A stretch of 64,000 nt of DNA from Eledone cirrhosa (GCA_964016885.1 OZ024751.1:18724001-18788000), one strand, 5' to 3'; positions 30,480 through 44,736 are shown, numbered from the stretch's first letter. The notes: generated by a model not told the origin, from the sequence alone. Program-made: numbers and translations.

Positions 30480-31437
30480 AAAAAGTATGACCCCGACGGC
30501 AGAGTTCAAGCCGTTTCGACGGCTATTTCTGGACTAAATTCATACTTTTTCCTATTTCCCACTCTACTACCGTAAGTATTGAGTACTCTGGTGCGTTATG
30601 GTCCATCTGGTTCCTTACCACAATTCCTTTGTTATATATATATATATATATATATATGAATGCGTGGGTGTGTATATGTATATATGCATGCATGTATATG
30701 CAATAGAATGAATAACGAAGAGAGAGACAATAAATGGAAATGTACATGTGTTTATGTGTGTATGTGTGTGTGTGTGTGTATGTGTGTGTATGTGTGTGTG
30801 TGTGTAGGTATGGAAATGTACATGTGTGTATATGTATATATATATGTGTATATGTGTGTATATGTGTGTATATGTGTGTAAATGAGTATATATGTGTGTA
30901 TATGTGTGTATATGTGTGTAAAGATGAGTATATGTGTGTATATGTATATATATATGTGTGTATATGTGTGTAAATATGAGTATATGTGTTTAAATATGAG
31001 TATATTTGTGTACAAGTGTATATACGTGTATGTATGTGCGTATATGTGTGTATATGTGTGTATATGTGTATATGTGTATAAATATGAGTACATGTGAATA
31101 TATGTGAATATATGTTTGTATATGTGTTTAAATATGAGTGTATTTGTGTACATGTGTATATACGTGTGTGTATATGTGTGTATAATATGAGTATATGTGT
31201 GTATTTGTATATATGTGTATATGTGTATATGTGTATATATAAATGCCGCCTATGAGTGTGACTATGTATGATGAAATGGTTACATGATACAGTAGACTAA
31301 TTAGATTTATTCCAATATATCACTATAAATTAATGTATTTTGGGAAAAGATTAGAAAAAATGAGAATCAACAATATGTATATATAAATATATATATATGT
31401 GTAAGTGGGTATATATGCACGTATATATATGTGTATA

Positions 31438-31561
<124 letters not shown>

Positions 31562-31638
31562 AGTATGTAAAAGTAACAAAAACAGCAACACTATCGGTAC
31601 AGTATATGGAAGAGATATACATATATATATATATGTAA

Positions 31639-31724
<86 letters not shown>

Positions 31725-31820
31725 ACACATATATATGTAAATATATATATGTATACATATATATATATATTTAAACATATATGTATGTACATATACATAT
31801 GTAAATATCTATATATATAC

Positions 31821-31861
<41 letters not shown>

Positions 31862-32132
31862 TGTAAATATATGGATATAAATACATGTATATGTAAATAT
31901 ATATATACACATATATATATGTGAATATATATATATATACATATATATATGTAAATATATATATATGTAAATATACATATATATATAGATATAGATATAT
32001 ATATGTAAATATATACATATATATATGTAAATATTTATATATATATATATATACATATATATATGTAAATATATATATATATATAAATATATATACACAC
32101 ATATATATATATATGTAGGTACATATATATAT

Positions 32133-32174
<42 letters not shown>

Positions 32175-32250
32175 ATAATAATAAATTTCAAGACTAAAGT
32201 CCAAAGAGAGCGCGATTCTTTGCTTAAACTTTAATCTGTTATTTTAATAA

Positions 32251-32431
<181 letters not shown>

Positions 32432-32510
32432 TATGCTGAACCGTCAATCGCTCTGTATAATCAGTTCCTGATTATTACTCGAATTCTATAAGAAACCAAC
32501 CTCTATAATT

Positions 32511-32594
32511 TTCGGCAAAGGTACGATGCCCTGAGGATTGCCAACAGCGTGAAACAGAATCTGTCAGTGTCTTTCCCTTCTTTTGCCGAATAAA
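32511..32594 (+). ncRNA. Hammerhead ribozyme, family L
   Basis: GAUGCC CUGAGGA UUGC-CAACA-GCGU GAAA CAG-AAU-CUG UC AGUGUC; outer pairing UUCGGCAAAG/UUUUGCCGAA then AAUAAA. Confidence 0.7.
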
Positions 32595-32752
32595 GAAGTA
32601 AGTGACATAGTCAGTACTTTAAAAATGATAGCGCAAGGTCTTCAAAACGGTTTTTAATTAAACATACGGTATATTGCCAAATATACTACACATACATTCA
32701 TATATATATATATATGTGTGTGTTTGTGTGTGTCTGTGTGTGCGTATGTGTG

Positions 32753-32818
<66 letters not shown>

Positions 32819-33382
32819 TATACTTATATATATACTTATATATATATACATGTATGTCAAATCTCTTTCGTCATACATTCTGTGACCTCCCCAGTGCCTA
32901 GGTTTTTATTTTGTGTTCCTTTCCTTTGTTCTGTCCTACACTATGGCGTTCTGTACTAATTCCTGACTGTTCTCCTGTGGGGCTGTTTTTACTACGATAT
33001 TTATGTCATCTATGTAACGGGTGTACATAGTCAGGGTTATAAAATTGTCGTCTAGTTGCTCCTTAAGTCTTCTGTCTCATCATTCCATGAAGTAGTTTGT
33101 TATGTCACCCGCAATGCTAACGACAATGGCTGCCTCCTCATCTCGGGCATATGGAAGCCTCCAGTAAATAGCTTACTCCATCCACCAGAGTATTAAAGTT
33201 ACTATACTACCAAATAAACACACCAACCATATTTTCCCCGTAGTAGACACAGAACTATGGTTGGAAACTATTAGTAATAGAACGCAAATCCTCCATTCGC
33301 ATTATTCCAAATCCATGTCCTCCAAATACCTGATCCACCGAAACGCAACTTTTTCGGACCACGTAACAATCAAGATACTGAT

Positions 33383-33493
<111 letters not shown>

Positions 33494-33538
33494 TCCTCCT
33501 AATATTCTCTATAAAAACTAAATAGGTCCTCAGTAATA

Positions 33539-33655
33539 TTATTCTGATGAAATGACAGTAAATAATAACATTGAAATATTGAATGTCTGCATAACTAAAA
33601 GTTTGTAGATAGCTGTTTTAGGTTATGTAACTGTTATAGAAACACGTGTCAATAA
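33539..33655 (+). ncRNA. Hammerhead with about 88-nt extended helix II, family G copy 1
   Basis: UUAUU CUGAUGA AAUGACAGU..long hairpin..ACUGUUAUA GAAA CACGUG UC AAUAA. Confidence 0.75.
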
Positions 33656-34060
33656 ATTCCTTTCAACTAAACTGTATCCATTCAAATCTTTCTATATATA
33701 AATATATATATATAGTGTGTTTTCCGTAGTGTTGTAATATGAATATTACACACAGTAGATGGACAGCTCACGTAGGGTTTGCTCGACAGTTCCAGTTGTA
33801 GTTTCAAAAGTAATCCGGAGAAAATAGAATAATTAAAATGGATACAGTTCAGTAAAAGGAATTTATTGACACGTGTTTCAATAACAGTTATATAACCTGA
33901 AAACGGTTGCTATCTACAAAGTATTAATTATGCAGACAACAGATGGGAATCTAATTACCCACTGCTATCAAAAATTTCTATCCACTTCCTTAACTATTCT
34001 TCTAACTTCACGCCTCCCTCTTAATATTCTCTATAAAAACCAAACAAGTTCTCAATGAGA

Positions 34061-34181
34061 TTATTCTGATGAAACGATAGTTGAAAATAACATTGAAATA
34101 TTGAGTGTCTGCATAATTAATACTTTGTAGATAGCAACCGTTTTCAGGTTATATAACTGTTATTGAAACACGTGTCAATAA
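34061..34181 (+). ncRNA. Hammerhead with extended helix II, family G copy 2
   Basis: UUAUU CUGAUGA AACGAUAGU..ACUGUUAUU GAAA CACGUG UC AAUAA; inverted partial arm with tail at 33715-33938. Confidence 0.8.
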
Positions 34182-34215
34182 ATTCCTTTTACTGAACTGT
34201 ATCCATTTTAATCCT

Positions 34216-34295
<80 letters not shown>

Positions 34296-34524
34296 TATAT
34301 AAATATATATATATACATATATATATACATATATGCATATATGCATATATATACACATATATATATACCTATATACATATATATATATATGTAGAATTTG
34401 TATTTAATTTATTGGAATTCCGACAAACATAAATGTTTATAACTGATTTAGAGCAATCAACAGATTAGTGGAGTAAATATTCCAATATATTAAATGAATG
34501 GAAACTAATTTATAAAACCATATT

Positions 34525-34589
34525 TATTTTATTATATATATTTCAAGGGCAACCAAGCCAACTTTGGTGCGCTTTCATCAGATAAAATA
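34525..34589 (-). ncRNA. Hammerhead ribozyme, family C
   Basis: Same architecture as 6276-6340; cassette 34391-34684 includes the tail. Confidence 0.85.
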
Positions 34590-35143
34590 CAAAGTGAGTT
34601 TTATAAATAGAGACGTACCCATGAAAAAACGAACCTTATCGGTTGGAAATTCACTGGATAGTCAGGGGTATAAAATTGTAGTCTATATATATATATATAT
34701 ATATATACATAACTATATACACATATATATACATATGTACACATATATATACATATATACATATATACATATATACACATATATAAATACATACAGGGGG
34801 AAACAATTGTAAGCAAATAAATGATGTAAACTGAACTTTGATTCCTGTGAATTCTATATAACTGCTCTGTAGAACAACTGATGTTATTACATTGAGCTAT
34901 TTATCTTACTGCTAATAAGGTAGTAATAAATTACTGTCTTTCACTGTTTAGGGTTTAAAATATATATAACTATAAAAAGTTTTATTGTATACATAACCAT
35001 AAATAGTATCCTTAATACTATATATATATATATATACATATATGTATATATGTATACATATATATATACATATATACATATATGTATATATATACATATA
35101 TATATAAATATATACATATATATACATATATACATATATATAT

Positions 35144-35174
<31 letters not shown>

Positions 35175-35209
35175 ATATAAGATCAAAAGATGGTTAAAAG
35201 AGTTCCATG

Positions 35210-35280
35210 TATTTTATTATGCGCATTTCAAAAACAAACATGATCATGAGATGACATTTGCGTTTTCGTCAGATAAAATA
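35210..35280 (-). ncRNA. Hammerhead ribozyme, family F
   Basis: UAUUUUAU CUGACGA AAACGCAAAUG..CAUGUUUGUUUUU GAAA UGCGCA UA AUAAAAUA. Confidence 0.88.
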
Positions 35281-35425
35281 GGGAGACATGATATGAAGGT
35301 CAAAAAACACTTGTGAATAGTGTAGTTTTAAATCATCATATCATAGAGTGCTACTTATCCGATATCTACATTGCTTTATCGGATAAGTAGCACTCTATGA
35401 TATTGTACTACAATAAAACTCACCT

Positions 35426-35523
<98 letters not shown>

Positions 35524-35604
35524 CATGTATACATACATATATACATATATATATACATATATATATATATATACATATATACATATCTATATACACATAT
35601 ATAC

Positions 35605-35642
<38 letters not shown>

Positions 35643-35923
35643 TCATATATACATATACATATATATATATACATATATATACATATATATACATATATAT
35701 ACATATATATACATATATATACATATGTACATATAAATATATACATATATATACATATATGCATATGTATATATACATATTTGTATATATACATATATAC
35801 ATATATATATATATATACTTATACATATATATACATACATATATATATATACATATACACATATATATACATGCATAAATATATATATATATACATATAT
35901 ATATTATATTTATACACACACAA

Positions 35924-36022
<99 letters not shown>

Positions 36023-36243
36023 CACACGTATGTATCTATGTACATGTATATATGATCTGCTATATCAGATCACCGTATACACAGGTAAGAAAGGAGAAGG
36101 TGTGTGATTGCAACTGTCTCTAGGTGTCTTCAACATCTCCAGTTAATCCTTAGTCATTCTATATTGGAGATTTTAATTGCCAGTTACTTTTATACTACAT
36201 AGATATGAGTACATCAAAGTGTGTGTGTATGTATATATATATA

Positions 36244-36295
<52 letters not shown>

Positions 36296-36536
36296 TATAT
36301 GCATATATATATATATATATATATACGCATATATATATATATATATATATGCATATATATATGCATATATATATGTATATGCATATATATAAGTATATAT
36401 ATATATGCATATATATATATATATGCATATATATATATATGCATATATATATGCATATATATAAGCATATATATATACATATATATATGTATATGCATAT
36501 ATATATATATAGAAACATATATATGTGTATATATAA

Positions 36537-36618
<82 letters not shown>

Positions 36619-36641
36619 AGATATACATATATATTGATACA

Positions 36642-36680
<39 letters not shown>

Positions 36681-37144
36681 TACACAAACAAACACACAGA
36701 TTCACACGTTTACACACATTCATAGCTTTACTTACACCCATTCACATAAAAACGCACGCATATCATACACATTCAGTCACATTCATATTCACTCATTTAC
36801 ACACATACACACACACATAAATTCAGTTACACACATTCACATAAAAACTCACGGGCACACATATATACATATACACATTCATTCAGAATATCGCGTAAGC
36901 CCGTTCAGGAGAGCTGACATATACCAAGAGTGACAGACAAAAGGAAACATAGATAGTTTATACCGTTGTGGATATCGGTGAAGTTTTACCTGTCATAGGG
37001 TACAGGATTCTCCTTCTGAATCTACCGAATATTTAACACTGGCGTCAGCCTATCATCTCATAAGGAATTCATGACAGGTTTTTGTTGAATACTCTCCCAA
37101 ACACACACACACACACACACTCTCTCCCAAACACACACACACAT

Positions 37145-37292
37145 ATGCTTTGACGTATAGAGTTACTGCCCTTGTCATTCTGAGTTCAAATCCGAGGTTA
37201 ACTTTGCCTTTTATCCTTACGGGGTCGATAAAATAAAGTACCAGTAATGCACTGGGTGATTGCTGGCCTTGTGCCAAACGTAGAAACAATTA
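37145..37292 (+). mobile_element. SINE family 1
   Basis: B box plus core GGTTAACTTTGCCTTTTATCCTTACGGGGTCGATAAAATAAAGTACCAG. Confidence 0.85.
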
Positions 37293-37437
37293 TTTTACTT
37301 AATTAAAATAAATAGGGACATACCCATGAAAATCATACCTAATCGGTTGGAAATTCACTGGATAGTCTATCCAGTGAATTTCCAACCGATAAGGTATGAT
37401 TTTCATGCGTATGTCTCTATTTATAAAACAAACTTTG

Positions 37438-37498
37438 TATTTTATCTGATGAAAGCGTACCAATGTTGTCTTGGTACCCTTGAAATATATATAAAATA
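37438..37498 (+). ncRNA. Hammerhead ribozyme, family C (3-nt deletion near cleavage site)
   Basis: CUGAUGA AAG-C-GUACCAA-loop-UUGGUAC-C-CUU GAAA; cassette folds back at 37365 (CACTGGATAG-T-CTATCCAGTG). Confidence 0.7.
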
Positions 37499-37589
37499 AA
37501 TATGGTTTTATAAATATAGTTTCCATTTATTTAATATCATTGTATATATATATATAAAATCATGGTTTAGCAAATAGAGAAAAAGTTTT

Positions 37590-37647
<58 letters not shown>

Positions 37648-37924
37648 AAAAAGTATGACCCCGAGGGCAGAGCTCAAGCCGTTTCGTCGGCTATTTCTGG
37701 TCCAGAAATAGCCGACAAAACGGCTTGAGCTCTTTCGTCGGGTCATACTTTTTCCTATTACCCACTCTACTACCCTAAGTATTGAGTACTCTAGTGCGTT
37801 ATGGTCCATCTGGTTCCTTACCACAATTCCTTCGTTATATATATATATATACAGGATGTCACCGTTTGTATATATATATGTATATAGGTATATGTATGTA
37901 TATATATATATATATAAGTGCATT

Positions 37925-38030
37925 TGTAATCTTGTGTACTTGTTGGTAGGTAAGGCACCAACATGTCACCAACATGTGAGGCATGGATGTAGGTTTTCCA
38001 CTCTCCTTGGAGATGAGGTGATATCAGATT
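37925..38030. repeat. Dispersed repeat family P (inverted relative to 38278-38385 and 40185-40295)
   Basis: Shared GTTGGTGACATGTTGGTRCCTTACCTA. Confidence 0.75.
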
Positions 38031-38606
38031 TGTAGAGGTCATTGTTTATATATGTATATATATATGTGTGTGTACCTTCATATACATATGTGTGTCTGTG
38101 TTGGGGGGGGGGGGGGGGGGGTTCAGTACCTTTCTATTGATTACTCCCTTCCTGGTAATTTGCCAGCTTTTGTATTAATGTGATACAGTTCAGTAAATTT
38201 GACATACTCACACAATCACATGTTCACACACATACATATGTATACACGGAAGAAATACACACAGACACATACATATTTTCAATCCGATATCACATCATCT
38301 CTTACAAGAATGAAAAACCTACATCTATGTCTCAGAGGTTGGTGACATGTTGGTACCTTACCTATCAACGAGAACACAAGAAGCCTGATGCATTTTTTAT
38401 ATACAAGCATACATACATGTATATACACATACATACATGTATACCTTGGCACTAATAAACACACCATATATATATACATATATAGTAATAATAATAAATT
38501 TGAAGACTAAAATCCAAAGAGGGCTTCATAAGGATAAATATATATCAAATATATAAGAACCGTAGAGCAAATATTTATTAAAACAACAGATTAAAATTTA
38601 AGCAAA

Positions 38607-38680
<74 letters not shown>

Positions 38681-39149
38681 AAATGTGTGTAATCCTTGGT
38701 ACAGTTAGGTATATTAAGACAGGGAGGGAAGAAAAAATGGCTTCACAAAATTTATTTTCTTCACAAAATCCAAAAAGAATTTTTTTTCCGGATTAGAAAA
38801 AAAAAATTTTTCTTAAAAAAAATATATTTTATAAATTAAGTTGTTGGTTGTTGGTTAGGTCTTAGGAGTTCTTGGTTAACGTAGGAGGTATTGTTTCGTT
38901 TTTAGAACGACCTTTCACGCTGAGGTGCGCTTGTCAAACTGATGTGTATGTGGTGTGTTGTTCTACATATAGGGATTTAACATGTCTGTGGTTGTGGTGG
39001 GGTTTTTTATATATATATATATATGTATCAGTGACTATGTCTAAGTATATACTTAGACATAGTCACAGATACATATATGAGTTTAGCTACCTAATTTTAT
39101 CTAATAGTTCTTCAAGCTTGCAATTATATATATATATATATATATAAAG

Positions 39150-39372
39150 TCTAAGTCTGTCTTAAGCCAGAAGGGTCATTTACCCGATGTTTATCGCGGT
39201 TTCATGGAGTGAAGCGACTGAGAGTACAAGATGCCAGTCCTTCGCAGGGTTAAACCCCCAGCTATTGCTGGTACTCAGAGTATACTGGAACAGCGTGACT
39301 TGAAGTTCTTTGCTCAAGAATCGAACCCCCAACATTATGATCGTAAGTCCTTACCACTAGGCCACATGCCTC

Positions 39373-39376
<4 letters not shown>
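39150..39376 (-). mobile_element. SINE family 2
   Basis: A box TGGCCTAGTGG and B box GTTCGATTC on minus; homologous to 48690-48985. Confidence 0.8.
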
Positions 39377-39452
<76 letters not shown>

Positions 39453-39670
39453 GTATATCTATATATATATATATAACGAAGGAAATGTGGTAAGGAACCA
39501 GGTGGACCATAACGCACCAAAGTACTCAATACTTGAGGTAGTAGAGTGGGTAATAGGAACCAGTAAGACCCCGACAGCTGAGCTCAAGCCGTTTCGACGG
39601 CTAAATTTCGACGGCTAAATGAATTAGCCGTCGAAACGGCTTGAGTTCAGCTGTCGGGGTCTTACTGGTT

Positions 39671-39710
<40 letters not shown>

Positions 39711-39713
<3 letters not shown>

Positions 39714-39890
39714 GTGTATAGTGGTAGCTATGGTGCTTCCATAGGCGGTATGCCAAAATTAGCACTCGATCTTAACCAGAGTAGAGTGTAGATATTATAA
39801 AGAAAACGAAAAATCAGTGATGCATCTGGACTTAGTTTACTTCGTGATACAAATGTTTCGCCGGCATGTAGGATCGCCGGCATGTAGGAT
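39711..39890 (-). mobile_element. Family M cassette: hammerhead 3' half plus tail
   Basis: Minus strand: GCCGGC GAAA CAUUUG UA ... GATCGAGTGCT ... (TA)n; 16-bp tandem duplication CGCCGGCATGTAGGAT at its 5' junction. Confidence 0.5.
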
Positions 39891-39979
39891 CTATCGACTT
39901 TCGTCAAATCGGACCGAGGAAGCAATGTTTCCGTTGGTCTTTCCAGTTGCTAATACTATCTATCGGTCGCAACTCCAGT

Positions 39980-40145
39980 TAGAATATATAGAATATATAG
40001 AATATATAGAATATATAGAATATACCTGGATATATAGAATATATAGAATATATAGAATATATAGAATATACCTGGATATATAGAATATATAGAATATATA
40101 GAATATATAGAATATATAGAATATATAGAATATACCTGGATATAT
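39980..40145. repeat. (AGAATATAT)n with periodic ACCTGG interruptions
   Basis: Direct inspection. Confidence 0.95.
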
Positions 40146-40963
40146 AAATAAATATATACACACAGACACATATACATACATAGTTTCAATCCGATATCAT
40201 CTCATCTCCAACGAGAATCAAAAACCTATATTTATGTCTGAGAGGTTGGTGACATGTTGGTGCCTTACCTATTAACGACGACACAAGATGCCAAATGTAC
40301 TTTTACATACATACATAGATGTATACATACATACATACATACATACATACATACATACATACATACATACATACATACATACACAAATACATACATACAT
40401 ACGCAAATACATAGATGTATACCTTGACGATGTATACATACATACATACATACATACATACATACATACATACATACATACATACATACATACATACATA
40501 CACAAATACATACATACGCAAATACATAGATGTATACCTTGACGATGTATACATACATACATACATACATACATACATACATACATACATACATACATAC
40601 ATACATACATACATACATACATACATACACAAATACATAGATGTATACCTTGACATTAATAAACACAGAATATATATATATATACGTTTACTTATACATA
40701 TTGTTTGTCTATATATATAGGTATAATCACAAAGATCTCCAACAGTTACCATTAATCTACTTCGATCACACCTCTTAAATTATGGCTATTAGTATACAAA
40801 GAGCAACAAAGAACATCTTTATTAACAAAATGTCTAAATAAGAAATGTGAGGAAATTCCATTTCCATAGAGTAGAGATCGATGTGATTATCATATCTTGA
40901 AACAGATGTTTTAGAAATCATAATATATAATTATAACAGTATTAGATATATCTAGTACATCTA

Positions 40964-41032
<69 letters not shown>

Positions 41033-41574
41033 ATGCAGGCGTTTGTTTATATACTTTATATGTTGTTAATTTCTTTCATTAATTTTAAGCATTAGACTTT
41101 GGCCATAATATATATATATATACATATATATATTCAGTAAGTATGTTTTGAAACAGCGAGCAAGTTTGAAATTTGAAAATAGAAGCTTTCACCGTATTTT
41201 TTGACCAAAGAAATTTTAGGCTGCTAGTGGGGTTTAGAACCCTCAGAGAAATGGAAAAAATATGAGTATTGACGTACATGGGAGTGTACGTAAATACTCA
41301 TCTTTTTTCTAAAGCCCTCTATCAGGCTAAAATTTCTTTGGTGAAAAATAAAAATATATATATATAAACATATATACATATATATATATATATATATTTA
41401 TATATGTATGTATGTAAAAAGGTAAACAGAAATTACAACACAATCGATACAGTATATGGAAGGAATATATAAGTTTAACGCTTGAAATAGCAAGAAGATG
41501 GGACGGGCATATACAAATAAAAATATATATAAACATAAGCTTAATGAATTGGTTGGATCATAATAGCATTGGAA

Positions 41575-41757
41575 ATAATTGTTTCTACTTTAGGCACAAG
41601 GCCAGCAATTACCCAGGGCATTACTGGTACTTTATTTTATCGACCCCGTAAGGATGAAAGGCAGAGTCAACCTGTCGGGATTTGAACTCAGATCGTAAAG
41701 GGACGTAACTATGCTGGAGAGCATGGCGTCCGACCCTCTACTGATACTGCCATTGGA
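41575..41757 (-). mobile_element. SINE family 1, near full length
   Basis: A box TGGCAGTATCAG, B box GTTCAAATC, core and 3' end. Confidence 0.85.
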
Positions 41758-41801
41758 AATAATGAAGTTTGATAATATACTCGCAACAAATATATATATA
41801 T

Positions 41802-42320
41802 ATATTGTTATGCTTTGGGAGGGTCATGTTGCCAATAAGAAACACACGCACCAGTTGCTTTCACTTCAATTTATTATAATAAATTTATAAATTTAGGAAT
41901 TTATAAATTTTCGGTTGGTTGGTTCCACAACCAGATGGTTGTTTATATATTGTCAAAGTTCTTTCGTCACACATTCTGTGACCTCTTCAGTGACTGGGGA
42001 TTCTTTTCTTTGTTTTTGTGCCTCTCCTTTGTTCTGTCCTATGCCATTTTGTTTCTGTGTGACACAGAAACAAAATGGCGTAGGACAGAACAAAGGAGAG
42101 GCACAAAAACAAAGAAAAGAATCCCCAGTCACTGAAGAGGTCACAGAATGTGTGACGAAAGAACTTTGACAATATATAAACAACCATCTGGTTGTGGAAC
42201 CAACCAACCGGAAATTTATAAATTCCTAAATTTATAAATTTATTATAATAAATTGAAGTGAAAGCATCTGGTGCGTGTGTTTCTTATTGGCAACATGATC
42301 CTCCCAAAGTATAACAATAT
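41802..42320. mobile_element. Family E 519-bp palindrome carrying two hammerheads (41952-41994 on -, 42128-42170 on +)
   Basis: Mirror centre 42061 with 1-nt loop; GUCA CUGAAGA GGUCACA-GAAUG-UGUGAC GAAA GAAC UU UGAC; diverged copy at 32856-32950. Confidence 0.9.
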
Positions 42321-42615
42321 CGGTTTCAACACACGTTTTCAGATAAAGAATTTTGCTAAACAAATTCAGAAACGAAATATATATATATATATATGAAGAT
42401 TAGAGTTAAAACTCAATTGGAACCCTGTAACTATTAAGCTCCAAGTATAAAAATACTGAGCCGATTAATAATATATAGTAAGAAACACAGTAAACCGTGT
42501 GTCTAAAATTACAAGGGTTGAAAAACCACATTTGTTTGAAATATTTAACCAAGAAGCAGACAGAATGATAAAATAAAAATATATTTTTATACAAACCGCC
42601 TCAATACCCATTATA

Positions 42616-42695
42616 TCTCTCGGACAGATTATCCCTAATCTGTTTCGTCCTGAGTGTGTTTGTAACAGATAATCCTGGGCTTCATGAGCGAGAGA
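42616..42695 (-). ncRNA. Hammerhead with full 7-bp helix III, core mutated (CUCAUGA), family N
   Basis: UCUCUCG CUCAUGA ..GGAC GAAA CAGAUUA-GGGA-UAAUCUG UC CGAGAGA. Confidence 0.7.
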
Positions 42696-42731
42696 ATCTG
42701 ATTTAGACACATGGTTTACTGTGTTTCTTAC

Positions 42732-42780
<49 letters not shown>

Positions 42781-43128
42781 CTTATGTTTATATATATTTT
42801 TATTTGTATATTAATACAGGCATTATAAGGACCTACACACAATACGTTTCTGTATAATAAACAAAATTTAGTCTCACTGTGAATATTTTAACCTCGGTAT
42901 CAATGTATCTCGGTATCTCGGTATCAATGTAACAGCGGTCTATATGTATTGCAAAATTGTTATTGGGCATCAGCAGTTTCTTTCTTACGATAAGACACCT
43001 AGATATGAAAGACTTAAATGTCTTATAGATTCCACAAACCAACTATTTTTGTGGAAACCGTATTCCTATATTGTGCAAGGTTGATTGGCTAATGTTAATA
43101 TGATCACACATACAAATTCGTCAAGGGT

Positions 43129-43737
43129 ATTGGCAGTATCGGTAGAGGGTCGGACGCCATGCTTTGAAGCAAAGAATTACGGCCCTTTATGGTCTGTAGT
43201 GGAGTCTGTGCTGCTGTATGGGTCTGAGACTTGGACACTGACCAAGAAACTCACTCAGATGGTGGATGGATGCTACACGAGAATGCTGAGGATGGCTCTG
43301 AACATTAATCAGTATACACTGAGGATGAAAAACTCAGAGCTGTATGGGAGCATCCCAAAAGTCAGCTCAAAAGTGACACAGAGGAGACTGAGGTTGGCTG
43401 GACATGCTCACCGACATCCAGAGTTGACATTGCACTCAGTGTTCCTTTGGGAGCCCCTACAGGGACACACTAGAAGAGGAAGACCAAGGTTAACGTATGT
43501 TGATGCCCTAAGGACAGACACTGGTCTGTTGGAGATGCAGGACATGGCAGCGATAATGAGGGACAGAGACCGCTGGAGAGAACTCGTCCATGGATCTCGG
43601 GAATTTTACCCGCCTTAGAATATGGTCTGAGTTCAAATCCCGCCGAGGTTAACTTTGCCTCCATCCTTACGGGGGTCTATAAAATAAAGTACCACTGGGA
43701 TAATTGCTGGCCTTGTGCTAAAAGTAGAAACGATTAT
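43129..43737 (+). mobile_element. SINE family 1 split by an RTE insertion
   Basis: SINE 5' half 43129-43196 resumes at 43621-43737. Confidence 0.85.
43197..43620 (+). mobile_element. 5'-truncated RTE-clade LINE (C-terminal ORF fragment)
   Basis: VESVLLYGSETWTLTK..RRLRLAGH..RGRPRLTY..DRDRWR typical of RTE C-termini; TSD TATGGTCTG at 43188-43196 and 43621-43629. Confidence 0.9.
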
Positions 43738-44593
43738 CCCATCTATCCTGTTCATTCTTTTCTGTTATTGTTTTATTGGTTTCAGTCATCGATCACTGCC
43801 GTGAATGGTTTTTGTCGATCATATTGATACCAGTACTTATTTTCTCAAGTTGAGCATTTATTTTATAGATCACCTTGTATTCAACCGCTACACCAGGATA
43901 CATAATCAAATATGGAGTCACACGTACAAACGTCTACCAAATTTCATTCACGAAGCATTGATGAACTTGATCTAGGCTAGAAGAGGTTGCAGTCACTTCA
44001 TGGAAACATTCAGAGGTCTGATTCAAAGCAAGGTTTGACTGCTATTTCTAGCAATTGATCTCCCGTCATAAGGAACATCTCTTTTTTGTTGCTTTCTTTC
44101 GTTCACAATTTTGTGTCGCCCAGAAAGCAAAAACAGCTAGCAACCATTTCAACATCTCTAACCACATTCGCCATATGTAGAATCGTTGTTTATTCTCGAC
44201 TCGTTTGTTTTGTATATCGGGTATCTTAAATTTACCTATTGGGTGTGCCGAATGTCTGGGGTGGGGTAAGCCCAGACGAGATCACACCAGAATATACATA
44301 CGTTACATGGATGAACTGACTATATTAAAGAAGGAATACTATATAATATACAATAACAAAATCCGAAAAGTATGTTAGAAGCCTATATATACACTGTATA
44401 TATAGCTATATATACAGTGTATATATAGCTATATATACACTGTATATATAGGCTTATAAATACAGTGTATATATAGGCTTCTAACTTCTTTTTTTCCTTC
44501 ATTTTTTAAGAGAGGGAATCTTTGTTGTTTTTGTTTAAATTTTCGGTTTACGTTCACCATTACTTGTTATTTTATCTGTGTTTCGATAGGTTG

Positions 44594-44638
<45 letters not shown>

Positions 44639-44639
44639 G

Positions 44640-44674
<35 letters not shown>

Positions 44675-44683
44675 ACACACACT

Positions 44684-44731
<48 letters not shown>

Positions 44732-44736
44732 CATAC

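Noticed and set aside
33020-33380. Possible Penelope RT or GIY-YIG coding remnant next to a family C-like segment
   Set aside because: No recognisable protein motif by eye; no autonomous PLE ORF found in this window
33544-33580. Short hammerhead using the first GAAA (33573)
   Set aside because: Helix I does not form; the distal GAAA-CACGUG-UC gives consistent pairing in both copies
41915-42207. Mirror-image 84-aa and 66-aa ORF pairs
   Set aside because: Produced by the palindrome
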